From the human T2T-CHM13v2.0 reference genome, Homo sapiens, in NCBI RefSeq assembly GCF_009914755.1, contig NC_060946.1: a DNA stretch of 64,000 nucleotides; one strand, given 5' to 3'. The position numbers and the translations under genes were made by a program. The notes below the pieces were generated by a model that searched no databases, was not told the DNA's origin, and was given only the letters and a program-made list of their open reading frames with translations. Below, piece by piece: positions 44,622 through 60,101 of this stretch; positions within the stretch are counted from its first letter, which is position 1; each line of letters opens with the position of its first letter.

Positions 44622-45376
44622 ACACTATAGGAGGTTTTGTGGGGATTTTTGTTTATTTGTTTGTTTACCTTTATAGTAGCTGGTCTAAAAAGCAAAGATT
44701 TTATGTTTTATTAAAACAATTTCTGCATTATTCTTATTAGGTTTCATATTACTTAGGAAAACTGAAATTTAAAAGGGTTAAGGATTTTACATTCATAAAA
44801 ATTTCTGTATTTCTTTCAAAGTATTTTGATTACCACTCTACGTATATGAATAACTTTTATTTTCCAGTGACCTATGGTTTTATTTTGATCTAGTTTTTTG
44901 AAACTTTTGACGTCTTTGTCATGTTCCCCCAGGATGAAAATCGTAAATTAAGTCTTTTTGTATTAAATAATTAAACTTATTTGGTAGATTCTTTGTAAAG
45001 TATTATCAAATGATAATTGATATTAGATCTTTCTGTTACAATTATGGGTACATTATTGACATAAATGTTCCAAAACTTATATAAATTTACAAAAAGCTAA
45101 TTTGTTATCAGTCATAATTTTGATTACTATGTTAAATCTTAAGTTATATTTGTATGGGTATGTTATTCATGTGAATATTCTAAAGACGATATAACATTTA
45201 TGAAAGCCTGATGTCTCTAACATGACACTGTCATAATGATTCTGGTTGTTATCTTAAAATGCTGCAAATAATAGAAATAACAAAATTTCCTTGTCTATCG
45301 GGAACTTTCATCAAATCTTAGCCATAGCTACACCGAATTTTGGTCATCCAGTGTTATTATTCTCAATTCTTCTCTA

Positions 45377-45739
<363 letters not shown>

Positions 45740-45974
45740 TTATGAAAAAGATTCTAATAAGTACGGGCACAAAAGGAGGAAAAAGCTAATACAATTAATG
45801 AAAGAATATACAAATGTATGTTCTAGTTTTTTTGAATATTTATCATGGTTTTTCGCCAATGTGTCACTCCTTTGATGATATTATGTGTAAAACTTGTAGT
45901 ATTCTTGTAATAGTCTTCTTGAAGTGTTGTGATAGGTGAAGAAAACTGCAATGTCAGAAAAAAAAAACTGAATC

Positions 45975-48373
45975 ATACTAATTAGAAAAATAGATGAGTG
46001 AGGCAGAAAACTAACAAGGAAATGCTGACTTAAATTCAACACTTCACCAATTGGACCTAATAAAAATTGACAAAATGTTCCACCCAACAACCACATAAGA
46101 TACATTCTTTTCATTTGCACATGGCATATACTCTAAGATCAACCACATATTTGGCCATAAAGCAAGTCTCAATAACTTTTTTTAATGAAGAAACAACACC
46201 AAGCATATTTTTGGGCCACGAAGAATAAAAATAGAAGGCAATATCAAGAAGATACTTCAAAATCACACAATAAAATGGAAAACTAAAGAACTTGTTTCTT
46301 AATAACTTTTGAGTTAACAAAATTAAAGCAGAAATCAAATAATTATTTAAAGTAAATGAAAACAGAGACACAATTTACCAAAATCTCTGGAATGTAGAAA
46401 AAGCAATATTAAGAAGAAAGTTTATAGTGCTTAAATGGTTTGCCTACCTCAAAAAGCTAGAAAGATACCAAATTATCAATCTAACATCACACCTAAAGGA
46501 CCTAAAAAAACAAGAACAAACTAATACAAAGCTACCAGAATAAAATAAATAACAAAAATCACAGCAGAAATAAAATTGAGACCCAAAAAGCCATATAAAA
46601 GATTAATGAAATTGAAAGTTGGTTCTTTCAAAGAATACGTGAGATTGATAGAATGCTAGGTAAACTAACAAAGAAAGAAGATTCAAATAAATACAATCAG
46701 AACTGATACCCACGGTAATACAAAAGAGCCTCAGAGACCATTATGAACACCTCTGTGCACACAAACTAGAAATCTAGAGGAAATGAATAAATTCCTAGAA
46801 ACACAAAACCTTCCAAGGAAGAATTAGGAAGAAATTGAGATCCTGAACAGACCAATAGCAAGTTTGAAAAATATAAACCAGTAATAAAAAACCTACTAAC
46901 CAAGAAATGTCCTAGACCAATTAGTTCACAGCCAAATTCTGCCAGACGTGCAAAGAAGAGCTGGTGCCAATCCCACTGAAACATTCCCCAAAAAATGAGG
47001 AGAAGGAACTCCTCCCTAACTCATTCTATAAAACCAGCATCATCCTGATACCAAAATCTGACACAAGCACAACAAAAAAAGGAAACTACAGGCCAATATT
47101 CCTGATGAACAGACACAAAAATCCTCAACAAAATACTAGCAAACTGAATCCAGCGACACATCAAAAAGTTAATTCACCATGATTGAATAGGCTTTATTCA
47201 TGGGAGGCAAGGTTGGTTCAACATATGCAAATAAATAAATGTGATTCAACAAATAAACAAAATTTACAAAAAACACAAACACAAGTAAAAACTTCATGAT
47301 CATCAATAGATGCAGAAAAAGTTTTAAATGAAACCCAACATCTCCTCATGATAAAAAACCCTCAACAAATTAGACATCAAAGGAGTATACCTCAAAATAA
47401 TGAGTTATCTATGACAAATTCACAGCCAAGCTCATACTGAACTGGCAAAAGCTGGATTCATTCCCCTTAAGAATCAGAACAAGACAAGGTTGCCCATTCT
47501 CACTATTCTGGCTCAACATAGTACTGGTAGTCATAGCATAGCAGTTATGCAAGAGAAAGAAAAAGAGGAAATTCAAATAGGAAAAGAATAAGTCAAATTA
47601 TCTCTCTTCATAGATGATATTACTCAATACCTAGAAAAACTTAAAAGACTACCAAAAATTCCAACAACTAATACATAACTTCAGTAAAATTTCAGAATAT
47701 ATAATCAATGTACAAAAGTCAGTAGCAGTTGTATACACCAAAAACGTCCAAGCTGAGAGCCAAATCAAGAATGCTATCCCATTTATAATGACCACACAAA
47801 AAAAATACCTAGGAATATATCTAACCAAGGAGGTGAAAGAACTCCACAAGAATAACAAAAATTTCTGCTGAATAAAATCACAGATGACACAAACAAATGG
47901 AAAAACATTCCATGTTCGTGGATGGGAAGAATGAGTATCATTAAAATGGCCATACCACCCAAAGCAATCTCTAGATTTAACACTATTCCTATTAAATTAC
48001 CAATGTTGTTTTTCACAGAATTAGGAAAAAAACTACTCTAAAATCCATATGGAATGAAAAAATGAGCAGGAATCACCAAAGCAATCCTAAGCCAAAAAAA
48101 AAAAAAAGAAAAAGAAAAAAGAAGCCAGAGACATCACACTATCCAACTTTAAACTATATTGCAAGGCTACATAACCAAAACACTACAGTACTGGTACAAA
48201 AACAGATACATAGACCAGTGGGACAGAATAGAGAACCTAGAAATAAAGTCACACACCTACAACCAAGTGAACATCCATGAAGCTGACAAAAATAAGCAAT
48301 AGGGAAAGAACTCTCTATTCAATAAATAGTGCTGGGATAACTGCCTATCCATAGGCAGAATGAAACTGGCTAC
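45975..48373 (+). mobile_element. L1 ORF2 fragment (L1PB/L1MA-like), truncated at both ends
   Basis: [15 protein letters not shown] and NYRPI motifs; stops at agaatgaaactgg. Confidence 0.92.
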
Positions 48374-48822
<449 letters not shown>

Positions 48823-51800
48823 TTTTTCAAATGTCCCACGTTTATTTACATATGAAATGTGTTTCATACAGTTATGATGGATGGAGTGTATAACACCTGA
48901 CAGCAGCAAGACCTTTCGAGGAACTGAACATTGACTACAGTATATCATGCAAGTACCTACATATATACACAAAAGAATTCCTTTTCTTAAAAAAAAAAAG
49001 TACAAAACATGTTCAGGGATAAATACAAGATATAAGATGCAAAAGAAAACACAAGACGAAACCAAAAAATATAACTCTCTCAGAGAACTATAAACAGAAG
49101 GGACAGAAGAGTACCTCTACTGCATTTTAGTAAAGCAGAACTACCAACATTAAATATACCTCTTGAAATGGCTGAACTAATCCCATGTGGCTCAGTGCTT
49201 AAGGTAACGGCCAATTGCGATACACAGCCGGCTGCATTGATAAGTCGGTGGTTGATGTCGTGCATCCCAACTCTAAGCACCAGAACGTTTGGCAGTAACA
49301 CCCAGAACAGGAAACGCCAACTCTTTTGAAAACAAAGGATTAAGTCAGCTGATTTTTTTTTCTATCAAGAGCCAGAGAAATACTTGATATTCTTAGTTGT
49401 GTTTCTGTAATAGTTAATAAATTACATGACAAAAACCTGACTATGTAGATCTATTGGTCTAACTACGTATTTGTAACTTTTATAGTAGTCCAGCCGTTTT
49501 GTTACTTTCCCTCCTTGTGCTCCTAAAGCCAGCCTTGCAGATCTGCCCAGAAAACCAGTCCCATTCTTTTTTTCTTTAGAATAACCTTCCCCATTCCTCA
49601 AAATGGAATTGAGGAAATCAGCATTCCTTATTAGATTCCTGGCTTCAGTTTTTATCCACGGCTGGGAAAGGAGCGACCTGCAAGGCTGCTTTAAACACCC
49701 TTCGGCGTGGCCTGAAGACAAAGGCGCGCCCACGCTGGAGTGCAGTTGTCTCAAACGTGCACTCACTCCCTCGGGGCAGGCACATCCAGAAGGTGCTAAG
49801 ACATTTAGAAGTTCCTAGTGTTTTTGAGACCCACAATTACTTCCAATTTATGTAGTGAATTTTTAAAATTAAAAACACTAAAAAAGGCATTATTTTAGCC
49901 TGTAATTAGTTAAGCCATTCAAATTTGAAACATACAAAATGATTTATTTGAATTCAGGAACTGCCCCTGTTCCTAAGAACTCTGTTTTAAAGAAACAGGA
50001 CAAAAAGAAAAATTCTAACCCAAAACAACTCAAAACGTTTTCCACTGAATACTGATACAAACATGTAACAAAGAGTATAAAAAGTTACTCACTTAAATAT
50101 ATACAAACTCTTTTAAACTCAAATTCTGTTTTAATACTTAATGAGGATATATATGACAAGATGAAGAAGGAAGGCACATTGAAAGAGAATATATAGCAAC
50201 AGCCTAGACAGTACTGTTAACTCTATTATACTGCAAACTTAGTGTAACAAAAGTGTCTTTTTTATCCCAATGTGGACAGGGATTTTCCTCATGGAGCGTC
50301 TGTGACTATTTCTCGTCTGAGCTCATCCTTTTGGATTTGATGAAGGCCATACCATGTGTCTGCATGTGAGTGTTTAAGGCAGCTTTAGTTTCAAAAGTTT
50401 TTGCACACACTTTGCACTTTCTGTCTGACATGACGCCATTGGGAGATTCGTCCTCGTGGCTGGGTTTGTTCTCCTGTTGGTTATCTTCCCCAGCCCCATT
50501 TTGCTTGGTCACTGGCTGAGGTTCCTTTAACTTGTGTACAACAAAGAGGTGCCTGGACAGAGAGACGTGAGACATGTAGCAGAGGCCACACTCCCGGCAC
50601 TGGTAGGAAGAACCATCCTATTTGTGCTGAGGGATGTGTTCGTGGAACTGCAGCAGGTTTTCGGTGGTGAAGCAACACAAGGCACACTTGTGAACCTTAA
50701 AAACATTGATTTTCAGCTTTTTCAGTGGTTGAGTTATTGCTCCTCTGGGAGGCCTGTACTCCAGAACCGGTTCTTTCAACTTCCACTTGGGACTGCGGAC
50801 CTTGACGTCTACTTTTATTTCTGTTTCCTCCTCATTGGTGGCATCTGTCATTTCTTTCAGGTCAAGGTCCTTGATGCCATGCATCAGCTGGACATGCTTC
50901 TCCAGCATCAACCCTTTGGTAAAAGTACCTGTGGAGTCTGGGCAGTGTGAGCAGGCATACACTTTCCTGATGCCTTTGTGCTTGATCCGGTTGTGCCAGC
51001 ACAGTCTGTGGGATGAGCTGAAAGGCTTGTCACACTGGCGGCAAGGGTGTTTCTTCATTTGCTTCCCATGCTCCTTCCTCAGGTGGGATATGTACACATC
51101 TCTCTGCATGAACAGGTGGTCACACTCCCAACACGTCCACCCAGGACTGGCCACTTTCTTGGTTTCCATTGATTTTTTTTCAAAGGAGATGGAGATTTCT
51201 TTTCCGGTTTCTCTTTCCCACTCATGGATTTGCTGTCCTCTTTTTTCTGATATGCTGAATTATAAGTTGCAGGCTTAAAGCTCAAAAGCAAGTTTACACC
51301 CAAGTTGGCCCTTCAATACTTTTCAATGTCCCATGCATAGACTTGATATGGTCCATCATAAGTTGCTTCTGTACGTATAAAAGAGAACAGTCCAGACACT
51401 TGAAAACAGATATCTTCTGGTTTTCAATATGTTAGTCAAAGTGGCGATACAGCAAGGCTTGCAGGGTGAACACAGCGTTGCACATGGAACACTTATATAT
51501 TATTTTTGGTTCTCCTATCTTGATGCCAGGATGCTGTGTTAAGTGCTTGGGGCAGACTTAAACACCATTGGACAAATAGGACACTTGTAGAAGACTTCAC
51601 AGTGAGAACCTTGAATGCGAGACTTCAGAGCAGCCACATCAGAGTACACAACATTGCAATGTACACGTCAAAAACCAACTCTCCTTGTGTAGTGTAGACA
51701 GTTCTTGGTGACATGGGTCTGGAAGTGCACCAACCTGCAGATGGCCCTGCACTCAGGGCAGGTGTAGGGAGATTTGTGCTGATGGATTCTCTGCACTGGT

Positions 51801-53420
51801 TAGGAAGCAGCATCTGGCAGATAGTACAAGTCTTTTGTCCACTCATATCTGCAGCCTGCTGGAAATGTGTAGCCAGGGGTCTCTTGTCCTGGAAGATTTC
51901 ATTACACTTCAAACATTTTAGATTATGTCTACACAGTTTGGAGGGGTCTTCATCTAGGGGCATGGCTGTGGTGCTGGGAGTGCTTGAAGGAGCCGATATG
52001 ACTGTCCCAGTTATGCCAGACTGAATTTTTGTGACAGTGTGTATGCCAGTTCCCACAGGGCTCTGAAGAGTGGAAGATGAAGAAGAACTATTGCTCGATG
52101 GAGAAACTATGATATGACCTGCTGAGACTGGCTTTAAAATTGAGTAGGAACATTGCATTACCACCCCCTTCTCCTTATGCCCACGGGCTTGGGAAAGGAG
52201 GTTGCATTTGTTGTAAACAACGAGGTTCTTTGTACAATGGTTGCACGTTACTTCGATGCACATGCTCCATCTGTTGTAGTGCTGGGTCAGACTCTTCAAG
52301 TGCAAAGGAGTCCCTACACTCCAAGCACTTGTACCCATGCATCAGTAATGTGATCCCTGCATTGGCAGGAGGACTGAGGTTTAGGATGTAAACAGGGACT
52401 GGATTGACACTGCTCAGCACCTTGTTGAAAGTTTCCACCATAGAATTCTGCAAGGACGACACCACCTGGATTCGAGACACCTTTTTGGGGGGTTGTGAGG
52501 CTGCTGCATTGATTAGTGCCTTCTTTATTTGTTGCTGAGTTTTGGTTAGCACTTGGTGGAGTTCAGAGGTGGCCTGGGCACCCTAAGCCAGAAGGTTAAG
52601 GTTGGCAAGGTGCACAGTCTTTGGCACAAGTTTGGCATTGGCCAGGCTGGATGCTGGCATCATGACAGCTTGCTCCTGTATAGCATTGGCAGCTTTAATG
52701 ATGATGCCGCTGGCACTCTGGACAGAGGCAGCAGGTATGACCGTGGCTTTCACCGTGGTGTTGTTAGCAAGCTTCAAATTAATGACTTGGGATCCTGCTG
52801 TCTTCACAGCAGACACTGGGAGGAAAGCAGTAGCCACAGGCTTGATTGTGACCTGTTTAGGGGTGGGCTCTGCAGGGAAAACTGCATTGGTCACCACTGC
52901 AGACTGGAGAGGCACCCTGGGGGGAGAGGAAAGGGCAGCGGCTGATGCTGGAGATGACAGAAGGGATGTCACAGAGGCCATCACAGACACCATCTGCTCG
53001 GAAGGTTTCTTCCCAGAGTCAAGATCCACTTCTGGCAATACCCTGGTCTCTGTTCTCTTGATTTCCCCAGAAGATGTCTTAATGGTTTTTATGCGGACTT
53101 TGGGGATTGCTGTTGTGGATCCTGCAGGAGAGGACGGGGTTCCCTTGCTGCTGTTGTCACTTGAGATGTTTCTGGGACTGTCTGGTTGCTTTAGGGATGG
53201 TTTTTTTGTCCCATCGATGAGATTCTGGGATTCAGGAGACTTGGTGGCGGCTCTCGGACTGTCGTTTACTTCTTTTGGTGACGGGGAGGATTCCCTCGAA
53301 TTGGCCACTTGTTCTTTGGAGGAGTCTGAAGCCGCCTTTTTAGTTCTGAGAGCTGCAATGGCAGCAATGCAGGATGAGAAGTTGGAGGACAACTTTGTCT
53401 TGATGGTGCAATGCCGAGGA
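48823..53420 (-). pseudogene. Processed ZNF532 pseudogene (5'-truncated CDS, stop at 50306, full 3' UTR)
   Basis: Frameshifted, intronless blocks match ZNF532 ([55 protein letters not shown]). Minus-strand AATAAA at 48846-48841 and a 6-nt A remnant at 48828-48823. Confidence 0.95.
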
Positions 53421-53455
53421 GGCCAAGAATTTCATACACGGTCAAACAAACTTCA

Positions 53456-53857
<402 letters not shown>

Positions 53858-54092
53858 AAATATGAGAACAAAAGACCATTACCAACCACCATAAAAACAC
53901 ACTTAAGTACATAGACCATTAACACTATAAAGCAACTACAAAATCAAATCTAGTCTGCATAATAACCAGCTGAAAAAAATATAAGGACAGGATCAATTCT
54001 GTACATAGAATTTTTAACTTTGAAAGTAAATGGGCTAAATGCCCCAATTGAAATGCACAGAGTGGCACATTGAATAAAGAAGCAAGACCCAC

Positions 54093-54390
54093 TTGGGTGC
54101 AGTGGCTCATGTCTGTAATCCCAGCACTTTGTGAGACCAAGGTGGGCAGATCGCTTAAGCCCAGGTGTTCGAGACCAGCCTGGGCAACATGGGAAAACCT
54201 CATCTCTATAAAAAATGTAAAATTAGTCAGACATGGTGGCATGCGCTTGTAGTCCCAGCTACTCCAGAATTTGAAGTGTAAAGATCACCTGAACTCAAGA
54301 GGTTGAGGCTGCAGGAAGCCATAATTGTGCCACTGCATTCCAGCATGGGTGAAAGAGACAGATCAGTCTCAAAAAATTAAAACAAACAAA
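54093..54390 (+). mobile_element. Alu (AluJ-like)
   Basis: TSD caagaccca. Confidence 0.9.
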
Positions 54391-57297
54391 CAAACAAGAC
54401 CCAAATGTATGCCATCTTCAAGAGACCCATCTCACAAATGCAATGACACAGATAGGCTCAAAGTAATAGGATGGAGGAAAACTTACCAAGCAAACAGAAA
54501 ACAAAAACAAAACAAACAAAAAAATAGCAGGGGCTGTTATTCTAATTTCAAACAAAACAGACTTTAAGTCAACAACAATCAAAAAACTACAAAGAAGGGC
54601 ATTACATAAGGGTAAAGTGTTCAATTCAACAAGAAGACTTAACTCTTCTAAATATATATGCATCCAACACAAGAATTATGTGTGTACCCAGGGAGCACCA
54701 GGGAGCACCCAGATTCATAAAAACAAATTCTTAGAGACCTGTGAGGAGACTTAAATTCCCACACAATCATAGTGGGAGACTTCAACCCTCCACTGACAGT
54801 ATTAGACAGATCATCGAGGCAGAAAACTAAAAAATATATGTGGGACCTGAACTCAACACTTGACCAAATGGAACTAACAGACATCTACAAAATTCTCCAC
54901 CCCAAAACAACAGAATATATATTCTTCTCATCACCACATGGTGCATACTCTAAAACCGACCACATAATCAGACAAAAAACAATTCTCAACAAATTTTTAA
55001 AAATTGAAATCATACCAATTATGCTCTCAAACCACAGCACAATAAAAATAGAAGGGAATACGAAGAAGATTGCTCAAAACCATAAAATTACATGGAAATT
55101 GAACAACCTGCTCTTGAATGACTGCTAGGTAAATAATGAAATTAAGGCAGAAATAAGCTTCAAAACCAAAGAAAAAAAGATAAGACATACCAGAATCTCT
55201 GTGACACAGCTAAAGCAGTGTTAAGGGGAAAGTTTATAGCATTAAAAGCTCACATCAAAAAGTTAGAAAGATCTCCAATTAACAACATAGCATCACACCT
55301 AGAAGAAGAACTAGGAAAACAAGATCAAACCAACCATAAAACTAGAAGAAGGCAAGAAATAACCAAAATCAGAGCTGAACTGAAATAAAGTGAGGCATGA
55401 AAAAACATACAGAAGATCAATAAACCACAAGTTTTTTAAAGACTAAATAAGATAGATAGAACACTAACTAGACAAACAGCAGAAGAAAGAGAGAATATCC
55501 AAATAAACACAATCAAAATTGACAAAGGAAACATTATCAATGACCCTACAGAAATACAAAAGACTCTGAGACCATTATGAACACCTCTAGACACACAAAC
55601 TGGAAAACCTACAAAATGTGGAAAAATTCCTGAAAACACAGCTGCCCAAAATTGAACCAGGAAGAAACTGAAACCCTGAACAGACTAATAATGAGTTCTG
55701 AAATTGAATCAGTAATAAAATAGTTTCCATCTAATTTTATGATTTTGAGCAAGAAAAAGCCCAGGATCAGATGAATTCACAGCCAAATTCTACCAGACGT
55801 ATAAAGAAGAGCTGCTGCTATCCCTACTTGAAACTATTCCAAACAATTGAGGAGCAGAGACTCCTCACTAACTCATTCTATGAGGCAAGCATCATTCTGA
55901 TACCAAAGCCTGGCAGAGACACAACAAAGAAAAAACTACAGGCCAATATCCTTGATGAACACAGATGCAAAAATCCTTAACAAAATACTAGCAAACTGAA
56001 TCTACCAGCACATCAAAAAGCTAATCCACCTTAATCAAGCAGGGTTTATCCCTGGGATAAACAAGCAAGGTTGGTTCAACATATGCAAATCAATAAATGT
56101 GACTTATCACATAAACAGAACTAAAAACAAAAACCACATGATCATCTCAATAGATACAGAAAAGACTTTTGATAAAATTCAACATCCCTTTATGTTAAAA
56201 ACCCTTAATAAACTAGGTATTGAAGGAACATACCTCAAAATAATAAGAGCCATTTATGACAAACCCACAGCCAACATCACACTGAACAGGCAGAAGCTGG
56301 GCTCATTCCACTTGAGAACTGGAACAAGACAAGGATACCCACTGCCATCACTCCTATTCAACACAGTACTAGAAATCCTAGCCAGAGCAATCAGGCAAGA
56401 GAAAGAAGTTAAAGCATCCAAATAGGAAGACAGGAAGTCAAACTATCTCTGTTTGCAGATAACATGATTTTATACCTAGAAAACCCCATAGTCTCTGCCT
56501 AAAAGCTCCTAGATCTAATAAACAACTTCAGCAAAGTTTCAGGATACAACATCAAGGTACATAAATCAGCAGTATTTCTATACACCAACAATATCCAAGC
56601 TGAGTGCCAAATCAAGAATGCAATTTAATTCACAATAGACACATACACACACAAAAATACTAAGGAATAAAGGGAACCAGGGAGGTGAAAGATCTCTACA
56701 ACAAGAAAACAATAATTACAAAGCACTGCTGAAAGAAATCAGAGCTGACCCAAACAAATGGAAAAACATTCCATGCTCAAGAATAGGAAGAATCAATATT
56801 GTTAAAATTGCCATATACTATCAAAAGCAATCCCCAGATTCAGTGTTATTCCTATCAAACTACCAATGTCATTTTTCACAGAATTAGAAAAAAAAACCTA
56901 TTCTAAAATTTATAAAGAACTCAAAAAGAGCACAAATCACCAAAGCAATCCTAAGCAAAAAGAACAAAGCAGGAGGCATCACACTACCTCACTTCAAACT
57001 ATACTATAAGGCTACAGTAACCAAAACAGCATGGTGTTTGTACAAAAACAGACACATAGACCATTAGAACAGGATAAAGAACCCAGAAATAAAGCCACAC
57101 ATCTACAGCTAACTGATCTTTGGCAAAGGTGACAAAAATAAGCAATAGGAAAAGGACTTCCTATTCAATAAATGATTCTAGGATAACTGGCTATGTAGAT
57201 GCCAGAATGAAACTGGACCCCTACTTATCACCATATACAAAAAGTAACTCAAGAGGGATTAAAGACTTAAATGTAAGACCTCGAACTATAAAAACTC

Positions 57298-57569
57298 CCG
57301 GCACTTTGGGAGACCAAGGCAGGTGGATCGCCTGAGCTCAGGAGTTCAAGACCAGCCTGGGCAACATGGTGAAACTCCGTGTTTACCAAAAAAAATACGA
57401 AGAATTAGCTGGGCGTTGTGGCACATGTGCCTGTGGTCCCAGCTATTCAGAAGGCTGAGGTGGGAAGATTGTTTGAGCCTGGGAGGTGGAGATTGCAGTG
57501 AGTCAAAATCTCACCACTGCACTCCAGCCTAAGGGACAGAATGAGACCCCACTCAAAAAAGAAAAAAAA
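57298..57569 (+). mobile_element. Alu (AluJ-like), missing its first ~25 nt, fused to the L1
   Basis: Begins at cccggcactttggg; A tail present. Confidence 0.9.
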
Positions 57570-57699
57570 TTCTGGAACTAGAGAGTGTTAAGAATGTCCT
57601 AAATGTCAGTGAATGATACACTTTAAAGAGCTTAATCTTACATAAATTTTTCCTCAATTTAGAAACTTTTTCAAATTCTTGAAAAAAAAAACTATGCAA

Positions 57700-57990
57700 C
57701 ATTTAAATATATACATAAACATAAATATATACTATAAACATTTATAGCATACATATGTAATCTCTCTGCCATTTTGGGCTACCTTACAAATAAGGCAGAA
57801 GCAAACACATAAAAATTAAATATACATATATATATACATATACACACACACATAAATATGCATATTTATAAATTTAGAAATAGAGAACATAGCTGACTAT
57901 TCAAGGAAATATATATTTATGAGCATATAAATATATAGGTAACATACATAAATATATTTAATATAGAAATTTACACATATGTATGTAGCA
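57700..57990. repeat. AT-rich (TA/CA)n low complexity
   Basis: Read directly from the sequence. Confidence 0.75.
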
Positions 57991-58024
57991 CTCTGCCACT
58001 CTGGCATACTTCGCTCATACAGGT

Positions 58025-58425
58025 GTCCTAAAGCAGCCTCCATACTTATTTTAAGTTTGGCCTAATGAGTTCTGTATACATAGCTAGTTGTAACCTAACT
58101 TAATGTGTAAAAATAACTGTAACTTAACCCAAGACTATAGTCTTATAACATGTAACTATGTCTTAGCCAATGAAAACAGCTGAGCCTTCAGCCAATCAGA
58201 GGCTGAAAGCTGCCAAAACATGACTATATGAGGTAAATGCCAACAGCAGCCAATCAGGCTGTTTCTGTGCACTTCTTTTTCTCTAGCTGTAAATGTAACC
58301 TGCACAAATGGTGGCATGGAGTGTTCTGAGCCATTTTTGGTGCAAACTGCTGCCTGATTCCTAAACGGTTTCTTTGCTCAAATAAACTCTGCTAAATTTA
58401 GCGTATGTAAAGGTTTTTTTTAACA
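58025..58425 (+). mobile_element. ERV1 LTR (MER57-like)
   Basis: cctaaagcagcctccatac..ttttaagtttggcctaa; three CCAAT boxes; AATAAA; ends ..taaca. Confidence 0.8.
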
Positions 58426-59640
58426 GATTAGTGTAGGAAATGCAATCTGAAGTAGAACGTCCATCAAACCCCAGAAGCATGGAGTGCCCAAGCACAGCGA
58501 CCCACCAGGTCCATTGTGCACACAGATCTCTCACAGCAGCAGGGGTCCTGGGCAAGTTCTCTCTCAAATTTTGAAGCTCCAAGGATTTGTGTTTTGAGCT
58601 ATGCATTTGTTTACCTTTGTAAGGGTTTTTATTTTTATTTTTTTATCCAGACTGGGTTTCGAAGTTGATTCTGAAATAATAAATGAAAGCTAAGTTTCAT
58701 TTATTTATTTTATTTTATTTATTTAGTTTAAAGTAAATTTGTTGTAATTTTGTCTTTTGAGAGTTCTGGCAAGCTGGATGGGATCCACCTCCCAAGACCC
58801 CTTGAGGAATTCAGGAAAGACACTGCTGGCCCCTTTGCCCTCCTTCTGAGGTTGTACATTCCTCTTAGGCCAGACTCTGCTGTTTTTGCATTGAACCTTG
58901 ATCCTTTTGGGTTTCTAATCCAGGGTTTTGTGCTATGAGAGGGCAAATAACCTTGGGGTGGGTGCCAGTGGCCAGTTTGTGCTGTGAGATGACATATGGC
59001 CTTTTGAGGTTTGGGTAGCTGATGAGTCATTGGTAAAAACTTGACTCAGTCCAGCATCAAATTGGATTTGATTGGTGAACTGTATTGGATCGACGTAAGA
59101 GGTCACTCAGTCTGATGATCAGATGGCAACTGGACTGGGTTCAGTAGATAGATAAGTTTGGCCTCCCTAAAGATAACCTAGAATTACAGTGGTGACAGTG
59201 GGGAAACACTTACAAAGGTAAACAGGTGCATGTCCTCCCAGTTACAACAACTGCAGGGATTGGGAGTACTTCTACTTGTGCATGCAAACTAAACACCCCT
59301 GTGCCCTAAGATGTCTGCCTTTTTTGCAAATAGCCAGGCCACTGGAAAAAGAATAGTCCACTTTTACAGCAGCCATCTCACGGGTCATCCCTTTGGCCTG
59401 GACTCTTTCCCCCCTAAGGGAAGCCCCCAAAGGCGTCGCTCTTGGGACAACTATGAACTAATCTAATTAGCCCTCCCTGTTCTTTCTCTCTCTCTCTCTT
59501 TGATCCTGCTTCTCCCATGGGAACCCCTCAGTTGACTGAAACCACTCTTTTCAAACGCTTGCTGCCACTTCTTTCTTATTGTCATGAACTTTGCTATGTC
59601 CCCAAAGTCTTACTAAGGGAAAATAAGCCTTTCTGACTTA
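58426..59640 (+). mobile_element. ERV1 internal 5' region (MER57-int-like) with a decayed primer-binding site
   Basis: gattagtgtaggaaatgcaatc directly after the LTR resembles a decayed TGGTGTCAGAAGTGGGAT (tRNA-Leu) PBS. Confidence 0.6.
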
Positions 59641-60101
59641 ATTTCCCGGTTGAGAAGAGAAGGGTGGCCAGTAGCCAGGCTAGTGATAGAATTAATTAAA
59701 TATGCTACCGAATTGATTAATTCCTACAGTGTTAAAAGAGAAGCACTAACAACGCCAGTGACCATGTAACACGGATTTAAGCTACAAGTCATAGAACTGT
59801 GATGAGAAGCCTCAGCGCTGTAAAACAGAGGGTGGAGGAAAGCTTTTCCTCTCTCAAATGAGCTTTGCCGGGTATACTTCTTGAAGAATAGGAAGTTGAA
59901 GTGTTCAGGACTTTTATGTCTATTCTACTTTGGCTTAGTTTACATAATTCTTAGTTTATTAGCCTAGAAATGGCCAAGAAAACTTAAGGCTCAATAATTA
60001 GTTATAAATATGAAATATCCCCAATTTTTAAGATAAAAACAACTTATAAATGTATTTGTCTGTAAAAATTGTCTATATTTTTACAGAACATCTATTTCTT
60101 T

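Noticed and set aside
50534-52945. Several + strand ORFs of 60-160 aa
   Set aside because: Antisense to ZNF532 retrocopy coding sequence.
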